Positions 48,401 through 61,063 of a DNA stretch of 64,000 nt are shown here, one piece after another. This DNA comes from Amphiscolops sp. MND2022 (taxonomy: Eukaryota), in the NCBI GenBank assembly GCA_964187785.1, contig OZ076415.1, positions 60,946,001 through 61,010,000 on the forward strand. Reading direction: 5' to 3'. The notes below the pieces were generated by a model, which saw only the letters and a list, made by a program, of their open reading frames with translations, did no database searches and was not told where the DNA came from. The position numbers and the translations under genes are program-made. How positions within the stretch are numbered: position 1 is the first letter of the stretch; every line of letters starts with the position of its first letter.

Positions 48401-50539
48401 ATGGCCTCCAGTCTATTGCACAGACTGACAACGCCAATTGAATCGAGAAAGTGCGAAGAGCACCTCAATTTACCATGCTTTAAAAAGCGAGCATCTTGCA
48501 TACTAGCACCAGCAAGCAAGTTCATGAAAAAGGACTGCAGCTAATGAGAACGGAAACAAAAAATTTTCAGCTTGCAGACAAATCCGAGATAAGACTAAGC
48601 GTCCTGACAATTTCTTCATTGCCATTGACAATCAAATAATTAACTGAGCCATAGCAGTTCAGCACGGAATACGTTTCAGAAAACGCATTGGCAAATTCAA
48701 TGCGTTACTTTTAATTGACCAATTAACAGCTAGAGGATATTGAAATGGCACTTGGATATTGAATTGTAACAATTAAGTTTTCTTGAGACGACACGTTAAA
48801 GGCGTAATTCATTGTATGCGGGAAAATAAAGGTGACAGGGAAAATTCATCAACAACTTCACCAGAACGGAAAACAGTTATCTAAAAATGTGACAAGGAAA
48901 CTTCGAAAGTTCATGAAATCCCATTCAATTAAATTTGTCAAAACACCCAAACAATTAGTATTATCAAAAAGCTAATTGGGTCTCTTTGGGTCCTTTGACA
49001 CGTCAAGCTTTGCAAACAAAGATGCTTAGTTTGCGATACCCCATTCTTACGACCCATACTAACTACTGGTCGCGTGAACAAAGTTGACCACCATTCGCAT
49101 GCATTGTGGTCTCATGAAAAAACTTACTGTAATAGTAGGGTACATTTGTTACAGAATGCACCGATGAAAAAACACCCCAGAGAAAGAAAGAGGCCCATAC
49201 TGGTAGAAGAATTTAGTTCCATATCAGCCATAATCCTTAAATTGGTTGTATGACTCGATCTTCCTTGTTAAAGGGCCGCTGGAATCCTAAGGCACTTCAC
49301 TCCTGCATTTAGGGTACTAGAAATATGTGACTATAGCTGACTACATTCTGGTTATTTCCAATTGGCTTTATTACGTTTTGAGATTTTTTTCGGAAACGCT
49401 TTAGAACTGTTATTGAACCAAAGAGTAAGTCAAAAAACATCGAAAGAACCACTTCAGCGTGTTTCGATGTTCTGGAAGGTAAGCCACTCGCTCAGAAACC
49501 CTAGAGAACACTAAAAACTAACAAAAAAATGGCCACTAGCTACAACTTGAGAACAAAAGTTGGCACTGTAGGATTCGTTTACTTTTAAAATGAGCTGACC
49601 TAAAACATTCGTTGAATGAAGTAATTCAACCAAAATTTTGTGAAATATGTCTCTAAAGTTTTGGGGTGAACTTCTTGGTTCGACTATATTTGAGCAGAGT
49701 AATTTTGATGGAGCCTACGGTATCATCATTTATGTGGTGTCAACCGATACTGCGTAATATAAAAAAATTCTATAAATTGTTCAGAATGGTCTCTCCATTC
49801 GTATTTTCATACTTATTCGGAGTGAAAAGGAACTTGTACATTATTTTCGGAACTATGCAACTTTTTCCGAAATTTCAAATTTCCAAAAAAGGTCCACTTT
49901 GGTTTTTGGATAGGAAAAATCGTTTTTACGTCAAAAGATCCTCTTTGGGTATTTAGGCATTGTAATTTTTGGGTTTTTTATTTCGCGAAAGGGTTCTCGC
50001 TTTGGTTCTTTTATGTTTCGGGTGTTAAAACAGAAACAAGGGTTTGGTTTTTGTATTGCTGGAGAAAACAGCCCTTTTAAGCCCGAAGAGCCACACCGCA
50101 TTGCGTTTTTTTTGGAGATATGAGATTGAGATTTTTTCAAATGAGATTCCCCGACGGTTTGAGCTACTTTTGATCTTTTTGAGCCTTTTCGAAGCTTGAT
50201 GATCAAAGTTGTGAAACCTTTTTTTGCGTTCAAAGGGTCCCTCAACACTTTGTAAGATTTACAGCATTGAGATTTTTTTGATAATGGCATTTTAGCATAT
50301 TTAACCACAATCAACCTAGCGAGGCTTTGAAGCAGCCTACCTTTTTTTACAACTTCTGAACTGTTTAGCTAGTAGTCCATATTCTATAGCATAGTTTTCA
50401 TTTCACATTTTGCTGGTACCGTGTTTGAGTAAACTTTTCTGAGAGAAACTTAGGTTTTTCTGGACAAAAATTATTGAGATGCAACTTTTTTGCTATATCC
50501 GATTTTCTCACAAGTCCTTGGCCCATATAAAACGGCAAC

Positions 50540-53500
50540 CGTATACCCGTAGTGCAAGCCCTAGTGCAACACAACCACGTGATATGCTGTTGTTACTAAA
50601 AGCCCACTTCAAAATTATTAAAACACTAGAAAGATGCAGTGCTTCAGTTACACTGGTACTTCCCTGTATGTATAGACGAAACATCAAATTATCCCAGATT
50701 AACATTTGTGGAATGAGCAACCATAGTCAGATCGCTCTGAATAAATTCATCAACATTACTAATCCGTATGTCTTATGCATCAATGAAACGGAAAAGGACA
50801 TGACTAGCGATAAATTCGATAATTACACGTGGTATCAGCTATCAATGGAAACAACAGCCAAAGTGTTGCCATGCTTATACATTCCAGCCTTCCTTATCTA
50901 CGAATATATGATCTCGAAAATATTCATTTTGACAGCATTTGGATTGTGACTGTTTTAAATGGAAAAAAGTTGTCATCGGCACCGCATATATTCAACCCAA
51001 CTCTCCAGAAAAAATATAACATTTCACAAACTCTCTAGGGATCTTGAAGTCCTATTGTATATCAAAAATGGTTCTATTGTTATTGATCTGATAATTTGTT
51101 GCGGCTCTATATGTGACATTCCTCATAGAAGCTCAGTAGACAAGGATGTTGAGCTTTTTTCGGGTGCTCCAAATAGAGGCCACATACCAGTCACAGTAGA
51201 ATTCGAGTCAGAATCTGAAGCAATAACAACGAAGTCTAAACCATGGGTTGAAAAAGCCGATTGGGACAATTGGTCGTTGTTTCTGGAGCAGAATAGCTAC
51301 ACTGTTCCCAGCAATCAAGCTGATGAACTCTGGATATTCACTAAGTCGCTTATCGCCCACGCCTCACAGTATTTTATTCCCTCAAAAACTGTATCGAAAC
51401 ATAGCAAACCTTTCTGGAATACCAAAATGGAAGAGGCGAGTAAATAATTGCGGGAAGCAAGAAGAAAATTCAAACGCAGTTCCAATTACTCGAATAGCGA
51501 AGATTTGAAAGAAAAGAATGAGCTTTTCAAAGACCTTTTGAGCGAGTCTGCATCAACGTGGACACGTAATCAACTAGAGCAGCTTGGGCACAAAAAAGGT
51601 AGAGAATTCTGGAAATGTCATAAGAGACTATTCAAAGATAAGTTTGAGAATATTGGCATTGTCAGAAACAAAAATGGCGAGCTTTTGTGCGATCCAATGT
51701 CCATTTCACAAGAAATTCGCAAAACTTTTTTCGAAGGCAGGCATCTTGAAGGAAACGATTTCCATGACTGACAACCAACTGTTGATTACACTATACCTGA
51801 GTTATGGCATGAACTTGACCGTGATTTCAGTATGGTCGAACTGAATGATGCCTTGAAAAATTGCAGATCTTCATTTGACAATGACATGATTCATGTTACC
51901 ATGCTGAAAAAACTGGGAGCCAACATGAAAAATTTATTGCTCTTCCTGTTCAACACATGTTGGATCACATCCACATGGCCTTGGAACATATCTAGGATCA
52001 CTCTCATAAAAAAAAGCCGGGAAAGCAATCCTACGAACAATGCTCCAGCTATAGACCATTATCCATTTCTAGCCATGTTGAAAAGTTATTTGAATGATTT
52101 CTTCTAGACTGAATCTTTATTTCGAAACTCACAATATCCTTGATGAAGAACAAGAAAGTTTCAGGACTCATCGGAGCACTACCCGTTCTTTGTATCGTAT
52201 GCATCTCGTATTATAGGAAGCAAAGCGCTCGAAAAAGCCGACTGCACTACTGAAAATTGATCTGGAAAATGCCTTTGATAGCATTTGGGTCCAAGGTCTG
52301 CTTTATAAACTTGAATCGGTGAATTTGCCCCACAGGCTGCTATATATCATATCACCCTTTCTTAGCAATCGGGAGGGATTCATTGATATCAACGCCCATT
52401 ACACTGAACTATTCGATATTAATGTTGGTTCCCCCAAGGCAGTGTGCTTTCCCCTCTTCTTTTTATTTTTTACCTGTGACTTCTTATCCGAAGTCGAGGT
52501 AAAGTTCAAATTTGCAGCTGACTGCTCGGCTATCATCTCTGCTTTTAACACAGATACCTTACATTCAACTCTACAAGCTGTTTGTCATAATATAGAGTTT
52601 TGGTGCAAAAAGTGGAGAATGGTAGTTAATGGGTCTAAAACTGAGCTACTTCTTTTGAATTGCTTGGCTGACAACACTGAGCCAATCCTTCTCTACGGGG
52701 AGCGATGCAAGACGAAGCAAACTACTAAATCACTGGGCTTAACTATAGACACTAACCTCACCTATAGAGAGCATACGTCTATTACCACCTCGAAAGCTTC
52801 AACTAGCTGGAGGCTGCTTAAGAGTAAATGCTCTAACAGGTGGGGCCTCAGTATACCAACGCAAGCCTATCTATATAAAACCATAATCAGACCACAGTTA
52901 TCATATGCGGAGCCGATATGGGCCCAAAGAAACTATGCAAGCCTACTGATTGTACAAAATCGAATCATTCGCTCCATAATGAAACACAGCATGTCTCCAA
53001 AGATAACAGCTATTGAAGTGTTGATGGGGATTCCTCCTATAGATATTTATTGTTCTTCAATTGAAATAAAATTTTTAATCAAAGCAGTGAATAAAGATGA
53101 TTTAGTTACCGCGACGCATGTCAAAACATTGACAAGACCCAGTAGTCTCTCCTCCCTTCTCCTAAGCAAACTGAGATTTGAAAGAACTCATATGTCTCAT
53201 TCTTACACTCGGGACTCCATCAATGCCTTCATCAGGGATAACTGGAACCGCAGATGGAACAGTCCGTATAATGACAATTTCCTCAAGAATTTCATTTCCA
53301 ACTTGCAACAAGAAACGATTCATTCACCTTTACTGGACGGAAACCCTTTGATTGCCAACATGATAAGCGATCTTCTCATCGGAAGCTCACGAAGATTAGC
53401 TGAAAACTTATGGAAACTGAGCCGCACACCATCGCCCATGTGTATTTGTGGAACGTCAGAGCAGAACAGCTACCACTATTTCTTCTATTGTCGAAACTAT

Positions 53501-53735
53501 CGTAATTTGAGATCCTTTCATCTCAATTCTCTTGATCTTTTCATCTCTGATGACTGTGGCATCATTAGAAATTTCATCTCTGGTACAAATATTATTTAAT
53601 GTACTGAAACTGCCGTATGCGATCCTGCCTAATATGTATGTATCCACTATATTGTAACTGTTCTTAAATTGATCTGTTTCATACCTGCCCGCAAAGAGGG
53701 GCTTCATTTTAGAATTTATATATATAATACACTGG
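50540..53735 (+). mobile_element. Decayed APE-RT LINE (I/Jockey group), antisense in CMIP intron 1
   Basis: QINICG..VLCINET endonuclease start, degenerate RT motifs, and C-terminal CICG..SYHYFFYC knuckle. Many stops and frameshifts. Related to the LINE at 61064-63440. Confidence 0.85.
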
Positions 53736-54030
53736 TACAAGGTTCACCAAATGTATGCCTACGTGGATGCTAGAAAATGAGAAACATTCAATGCACGCAT
53801 TTATGCGCGTTCAACCATTGCTAAAAAAGAAAGCATCCGAAAGAAAAACGAAACAACTAGTAGAACCACTACCGTATTGCAAGTGCAATAATACCCAGAG
53901 GGAAAACAGATCGAGCTAAATAACGAACCGAACGTTTTTGTTTAAAAGAACCTGTAACTCAAAAAAGCACCGAGGTATTTAGCACGTGACAAGCGAAGTA
54001 TTCACAAAGCGGTGCTCAAGTTGCAGGAGT

Positions 54031-54372
54031 GGGGCGCGGGACAAAACAGCCGATTTTCAAAACGGAACAAAATGAGTGCTGATACAGCCAATACGCATGG
54101 AACTTGATTTAATTGAAGCGGTTCATATTTGTTGTATGGCTAGGTCGTTTCGCTCCCTTCGCCAAGTAGCAACATTGAGGCATGGCACGTCCGCTCCTGC
54201 ATTTAGGGCACTAAGGGTATGTGAACATAGCTGACTACGTTATAATAATAGTTTTATTGACTGCGCATTGACAAAACCGGCAATTTTTACTTTTACCAAT
54301 CGGCGGTTTTGCACTGTTTTAAAATCGGCTGTTTTGTCCTATTATGAAAATCGGCTGTTTTGTCCCGCTCCC
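54031..54372. mobile_element. MITE with ~28 bp TIRs and a perfect 8 bp TSD
   Basis: GCAGGAGT|GGGGCGCGGGACAAAACAGCCGATTTTCA...TGAAAATCGGCTGTTTTGTCCCGCTCCC|GCAGGAGT. Confidence 0.85.
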
Positions 54373-55269
54373 GCAGGAGTGATACAAAACAAATAGGAAG
54401 AAGTTACAGGGGACAAACTTTTCAAGAAAAGCCTTCTTTGTCAATAAGACGATAGACAGAAAACCGGACATAGTATCTTAATCCAGTTCAAGTGCTTTTG
54501 AACATACGAAAACAGGAAGATTTTTAAAAACATTGCAATGAGATCTAGTTTAGTGAGTTAGAAAAACTGCGGCAAATGTGATTGTGTGAATAGACAGAAA
54601 TGGCTTCAACTACAAACGACGTCGAACTAGCAAAATCTGTGTTATACCTGCACTTTCACAAGTTTACTGCAAAAAGTTTTCACCCAAAAAATACACGAAA
54701 TTCCGCATAAAAATATTCAATTTGTCTGTATTCGAGCTGTTCAATGTCGATTCCTAGCACTCAGACAATAGTTCACCCGGACAGAAAAACGAGCGACTTT
54801 TTGTCTTGGAAGTCATCCGGAGGCTAAACGTCAATTTAGCCTCGCTAATTTAGTTAGTGAAATTAGAGATCTAGAATTTTTCTTTTATTACGTCTCAGGT
54901 GATCCATACGAGCAAGATGGAAGTGACTCCGAGCACTTTCGAACAAAATCTCAAGCGTCAAAGCAGCAATGACGACTTTTCTCGCTTTTGACCGGGAACA
55001 ATTGCCTCAACATCTTTGAAGGCCCTGTAGAAGACTTGTCAACGATCAGTAACAGTATGCGAGTGTCTCAGCAAATAGATTTCTCGACGAATGATCCTCC
55101 TTTTCGACAAAATAGCCATGATATCGACAGCGCAATTGGATTGGAAAGTTCGAGCGGAAGATGACACTCTACTCTATGGAGCAGCCATTCAAAAACTCAT
55201 GGGGCAAATACATCTACGTTTCCCACCCTCTGTATTGATTTGAAGGTGGAAACCCGTATCTACGTATTC

Positions 55270-55410
55270 GAAAAACCGGAGCGCGAATAACGTCTAAATG
55301 CAAAACGGGAATAACGTCTAAAGCCAAGTCATGCTCATTCCCTATGTTAAAACACTGAATTTTAGACGTATTCCCGAAACACTTTTAGACGTTATACGCG
55401 ACACTAGGGC
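55270..55410. repeat. Short palindromic element
   Basis: AATAACGTCTAAA twice, facing TTTTAGACGT twice. Confidence 0.6.
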
Positions 55411-55769
55411 GAAAGTAATCCCACGCAAGGCAGCCAAGTCCTGAAAACTGATTATGAAAATCTCATGAAAAACTGTGAGACGGTATTGGTTTCACAAGAC
55501 CCAGGGATTCGGTCGCCAAAAACGGTCGTTCTCATCATGCTATAAAATGTGGGAGTCATTGATGTTCTCAGTCGTTAGAAATGAATGTCAAAATGGCGCT
55601 ATTAGCTCATTATTTAACGAAGAGGTCAGTCCACGTTGAAAGTTGGTGTTTAAGGTGCAAACTAGATCCTCATTGCAGCGTAAATAAAGGCCACATAAAA
55701 ATAGCTAGGAAAAACTTCAGCAAGTGATAGACTAATCTATTGACGTGTTCAAAGATAACAGATGCATAC

Positions 55770-56242
55770 CTGTTAGTTGATCTGCTCTTCACATGACTGT
55801 CGGCGAGTACAACAGGAGGACAATACAAGCAACACGCGTCTGAGTTCAACTGAAATATCACTCTATCTTCGGCAGGGCTTGGCGATGAGTCGCTGCAGCT
55901 GCTATCTTGAACAACATCTTCGGATGGGAATGGCCAAGAATAAGAGCTGCCTGCACCATTCTCAGATTTAGAAGCAATGTTGGAATGTATTCCGCACTGT
56001 ACTGCTATTTCTGCTCCTCCGTCATCCAGCAAGAAGCCATTCGTTGACTGCAAGCTTCGTCGTTTACGAAACAATTTTTGAGCTCCTCCAGCTTTCCTTT
56101 TAGAACAATTACTGGAGTTCTTCTGACAACTCGTGTACATTTTAGGCGATGACATTTTATGCCTGCCCAGTTCAGCAGACTTGGTTACTTCAAGCTTTTT
56201 CAGTCTGAGATAATATTCGGAAACGACGCCTTGCTCCTCCAT
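55770..56242 (-). CDS. CMIP: Probable CMIP first coding exon (low-complexity N-terminus)
   Basis: ATG-initiated open frame ending AAC AG|GTATGC in phase 2, matching the phase-2 acceptor of exon 2. The link is inferred from phase and position, not homology. Confidence 0.6.
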
Positions 56243-56901
56243 TTACGATGATTATTTTTACTGATTGACTATTTCAAAACGTACATTGTGCATATCTTTC
56301 TAGAAACGACAATAAAGATAAAATTTTTTTTCACTATCAGATATCATGGATCTTCGTTATCAATCAAGTGCCATGTGTGTCATCATGTTGGGAGAGAAGA
56401 CATACACCCGTGGTCTGCAACGAAAGGAGCCAACCCCATACCAGCCACTATCCCAGTAAAAACAAAAAACAACCAACAAACTACTCATACCAGCCACTAT
56501 CTCAGTCGACAGGTAGAAACAAGTTTCAAAAAAGCTGCAATGATATACAGGTTTAAAAAAACTTTATGTAATAAATTTCTACAAACGCATCTCTGTAGCT
56601 TACAGTTCCAAGGAACACAGGCCGTATTGTCGATCTGAAGAGCCATTGAGATCAAAAAACTATCATTTTTACACGTGAAATCAGTGTAAAAGGTCATAAG
56701 GGCCTAATTCGAAAAATACAAAGAATCTCAAAGGAAAAGGTTTCCAGCAATGATAAGATATATTCTAATGATGAACTCGCACGCATTCCGGTACTCCTCA
56801 CGTTGATTGAGCCGGTTTTAATCTTGGGATATAAGCAGCTTGCAATTTCTTTGAAATTTTCGCCTTGGATGCACACCTATCCAAGACCTATTCTGGTCCT
56901 T

Positions 56902-56970
<69 letters not shown>
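56902..56970 (-). repeat. (TAG)n 3' tail of the CR1/L2-type LINE, 23 units
   Basis: Pure (CTA)n on the plus strand, 79 nt past the ORF2 stop. Confidence 0.9.
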
Positions 56971-59900
56971 GAAGACTTAATTCCCTTTTTATATAAAGGA
57001 ACATTCAAGCAGTTGTAATGTAGGCTTTACAAACTGAGTTGATCAAATCTAAGAGCGGCAGATGCTACAGAGACATTTTATAAACCAGGAGCAGCTTCGG
57101 TCTAAATTGAACATTGGGACTTGATTGCGTAGGTATGCCATGAGTTCACGTTTAAATTTTTCAGTTGGGTCAAAAACGTCAATCTCTTTTGTGGCGAGGA
57201 AGTTGGAGTAGTCACAGACTCTTTGGAAGAAGGAGTCTCTCGTGGAGAATTTGCGACATCTTTTGACTGGCAGGAGTTGTTGGTATTTGGAACTTCTGAG
57301 ATCCTTGCAACGTTTGCTGAAACAAATAAAGGTGCTGAGATTTAGGTCATATTTGTTATTTATGGCCTTGTTGAGGAAGACCATGTCATTTAGGACCAAA
57401 TAGAATGATAGAGGTAGGGTATTTGACGCTGCCAGCTGCTGTGAATAATTTTGTAAACCAGTTACCCAAAAAAGACATTCTTTATTGAATAGTTCCAACT
57501 TCCGTCGGTAATTAATGGAGGGGTACCATATTTGGGATCCGTATAGTATAATACCTCAGTCCTTTCGACCAGAAAAATTCGACCTATTTACAGCCACCCA
57601 TACTCTGAACACACAACCTGTAGTACATAAGCTTCGTGGAAGAACTAACACTATGAGGAATTGAGCGCTTCAAGAAATGATAAGCTTTTCTGGCAGCCAC
57701 CAATTTCTTTTGAAAATGGTTGTCCCATGTAATATTGTTTGAAATGGTGATTCCAAGGTCTTTAATTGAGTCAACGGTGGGGACAATATTACCGTTCAGA
57801 AACAGAGGATCCGACGACGCTAATTTTTCCTCGAAAATGATTGACTTGCACTTGTCAATGTTATATTCCATTTTGTTCCTGTAAGCCCATTCAGTAAACT
57901 GATCAATATCCTTTTGTAAATCAGGTTTGGTCAGAAGAGACAGTAATTTACTATCATCTGCAAACAAATAGCATGAGGAATTGACAATTTTGTCAGGAAG
58001 ATCATTCATAAAAATAATGAAGAAAAGAGGTCCGATGACACTGCCTTGAGGTACACCGCTATTAATATCCACCATCTGGGAGAGGGAGCCATTTATTGAT
58101 ACTCGTTGTGACCTTGAGTATAAGTAAGACTTGAATAAGATCAAAAAATCTTCATCGAAGCTAAAATTTGCCAGTTTTTCCAGAAGAATATGATGTGGAA
58201 CTAAATCGAAGGCCTTCCGAAAGTCGAAGTAGATAGCATAACTAGAAGCGTTAATATCTTTTTGGTTGTACAAATCGTCTAGATAGGGTAAGAGCTGGGT
58301 AATAGGAGAACGCTTCTTTGTGAAACCATGTTGTTCATCACAGATTGAGAATCGCACTTGCGGGTATATGTGTCGGAAGAGCAATTTTTCAAGAATAAGT
58401 GAGAGCTGTGGTAAAATGCTGATGGGCCGATAATTTTCCACACTTTCGGGGTTTCCAGACTTATATATCGGCGTTATATATGAGCATTTCCAATCAGTTG
58501 GCCAACTTCTTGCCTTTATTACTACATTAAAAAGTTGAGTGGCCAGCGGAGCCAAAATATCTGGGCATGAGTTCAGCAAAAAAGTAGGAATAGGGTCTGA
58601 GCTCAATGAACAAGTTTTAGTTTTCGAGAGTAAATCTGCGACTTCAGAGGGATTGATGGTAAAATCTTCCAAACGGATTGTAGGTAGTTCAGGTGGTTGC
58701 AAAGGTATATCTAAACTTTTCTGGAAGACAGAGCTGAAATAACTATTGAACAGATTAGAAATTTCGTTACTGGTGTTTGCTTTCAGTGTGTTCCAGTTCA
58801 TTTGATTTGGCAAGCGATTCGAAGAGAAAAGCGTAAAAACTTGAAGCAAGAACGAGTGGAGACAGGAGATAGATTTTCAAGGAGGACTGTTTTGTCTAAT
58901 TCAACTGACAAACTAATCTCTTGTTTTAACCTTTCAGTGGTACCATTTCTGTAGTTACATTTTTTAGCTGTACGAAGTTTGTTGATCAGGTGAATTGAGT
59001 GGGAGGAATAGAAGTACGGATACTGTGATCGGCGAGAAGTTTTGATTTTGCAAGACATATTTAGAGCATACAACACTGTTTGTTGCCACAATGAGAAAGA
59101 TTCTTCCATAGAAACATCACTGAAGCTGCAATTTGGTAGTGCCAGTAATGTGTCGAAACCATTGGATAAATGGGAGTTGAACAGAGTACTAGAAAAAGAT
59201 GACAAAGAGTACATAATTGATGTATTAGTAGCTGCCTCTGAATAGGGGATAGGAAGGTTTAGCAAAGCAAAAACAGGGTAATGATCAGAGTAGAGATGTG
59301 AGTCAACATAAACATTGAATAGCTCGGAATGTGATGTTAGAATTATATCCAGAGTGCTACCAGACTTATGAGTAGGCTCAAAAACTAAAGGATTGAGATT
59401 CATCGCTTGAGATTGAACTATGAAGCTTTTGGAATAGTCGCTCTGGCCAGTTACAGTTGCCCAGCAAACATCATTCAGATTGAGGTCTCCTAAAATGGAG
59501 AAAGAGCTGAGATAATTGATTTCAAATTTAGCATAACACGAGGAGATCCAATCAGCCAAAAGGTTCGCTTCGATTCGATATGGAGATTTCGATGGTGGAT
59601 TGTAAATTAAAAGGAACAAGTGAGAACCCTGGATGGTTGTAATGGAAATAGTGACGGCAAAATCATTGATTTGGCCAATTTTCATATTGCGTCCAATTTT
59701 CTGAGTTAGGTCAGAGTAGTTGAAACAGAAATCATTTTTGGCAGCAACGAGGACACCGCCGTGTTCGCCACCAGAGCGATCTTGTCTGGCAATGATTGAG
59801 TAGTTACATTTCAATGGGCAAACTTCAGAGTCTTCGATTTCTGGGTATAACCAAGTTTCAGTGACAAAAACCAAATCAGGTGAGTGTAAACTTAAGAAGT

Positions 59901-60863
59901 TGAGTAGTTTCAATCGTTGCTGGAGATTGATAACGCTTTGTGCATTCAATAGGCAAATTTTCATCTGCAGTCACTTTTGGAAGGTAACTTCAGTTCCGTT
60001 TCTGAAGAGCTTAAGACCTTTCACTTTGATTTCATCTCGTGGTACCCCGTCACTATTGATCATTTCATACCGTTTCTGCAAAAGCTTCCGTTTGGTTGCC
60101 TGATCTTCTTTATTCAGAGATTGTGATATGAATATTCGTTCATGATAATTTTTCAGCCTGTAGGATTTTGAAAGACATTTCCTGGCATCCCATTCTGAGG
60201 CAAAACGAATGAGGAGCGGCCTTGGTTTTGACATATCAGCTTTGGGTTGACCTAACCTGCGGGTAGATTCTATTTTGAGGTTTTTTCATCCATATGGTTG
60301 AATACTTCCTGTAGTTTGGAGTTGTCAGCTTCGAAAGACGACTTAAAAGTTCCTTTATCCTCAACAAGACCATTTATGATTATCTCACGAGATAGACTCT
60401 CTTCATTTACATGTTTTTTGACAGGTTCAGGGGTTGGTCTGAGGGCAGATTGGATTTCAGTTAAAGAATTTTGAATTGATTTCATACTACTTTTCATATT
60501 TTTGGCATCAATAATATGATTGTACTTAGCTTCAGGGCTGAAGATGTCATCATTGAGGCAGGAATCGCAGAGCCAGAGACATCCTTTGATTCGTCCCATC
60601 AACTTGACATCCTCCTCAGACAGGCTTGCACAAGCTCCATGGTACCAAAGAGAGCAGTTGTCACATGCGATGCCAGATTTGTCCCCATCTTTGACACTCC
60701 TCTTGCAACTGCCACACTTGGATGAACACACGAACTCTTGTCTAGTTGAGCTCAAGTGTGAACTAATTAAAAGAGAAATTTCGAAGTTCTTTCCCAATAA
60801 GCGTCCCGTTTCCGCTTTCAAAAATAAGGACCGTGCGAACTGGAACCATTTTAAAAGGGTCTT
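56902..60863 (-). mobile_element. CR1/L2-type LINE, near full length, with frameshifts
   Basis: ORF1 PHD (CGSC..CDNCSLWYHGAC..CDSC) and RPLLIRF..IFISQSL. ORF2 APE (LLNAQS, VTETWL, SDH) and RT (GVPQGSVIGP, LFADD). The 5' end runs into the gap. Confidence 0.92.
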
Positions 60864-61063
60864 NNNNNNNNNNNNNNNNNNNNNNNNNNNNNNNNNNNNN
60901 NNNNNNNNNNNNNNNNNNNNNNNNNNNNNNNNNNNNNNNNNNNNNNNNNNNNNNNNNNNNNNNNNNNNNNNNNNNNNNNNNNNNNNNNNNNNNNNNNNNN
61001 NNNNNNNNNNNNNNNNNNNNNNNNNNNNNNNNNNNNNNNNNNNNNNNNNNNNNNNNNNNNNNN
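60864..61063. other. Assembly gap (200 N)
   Basis: Run of N. Confidence 1.

Noticed and set aside
48100-48560. Cluster of short ORFs as a transposase or nested gene
   Set aside because: No catalytic or family motif recognised in any frame.
56803-57018. Poly-Leu ORF resembling a signal or TM peptide
   Set aside because: Translation of the (CTA)n LINE tail.
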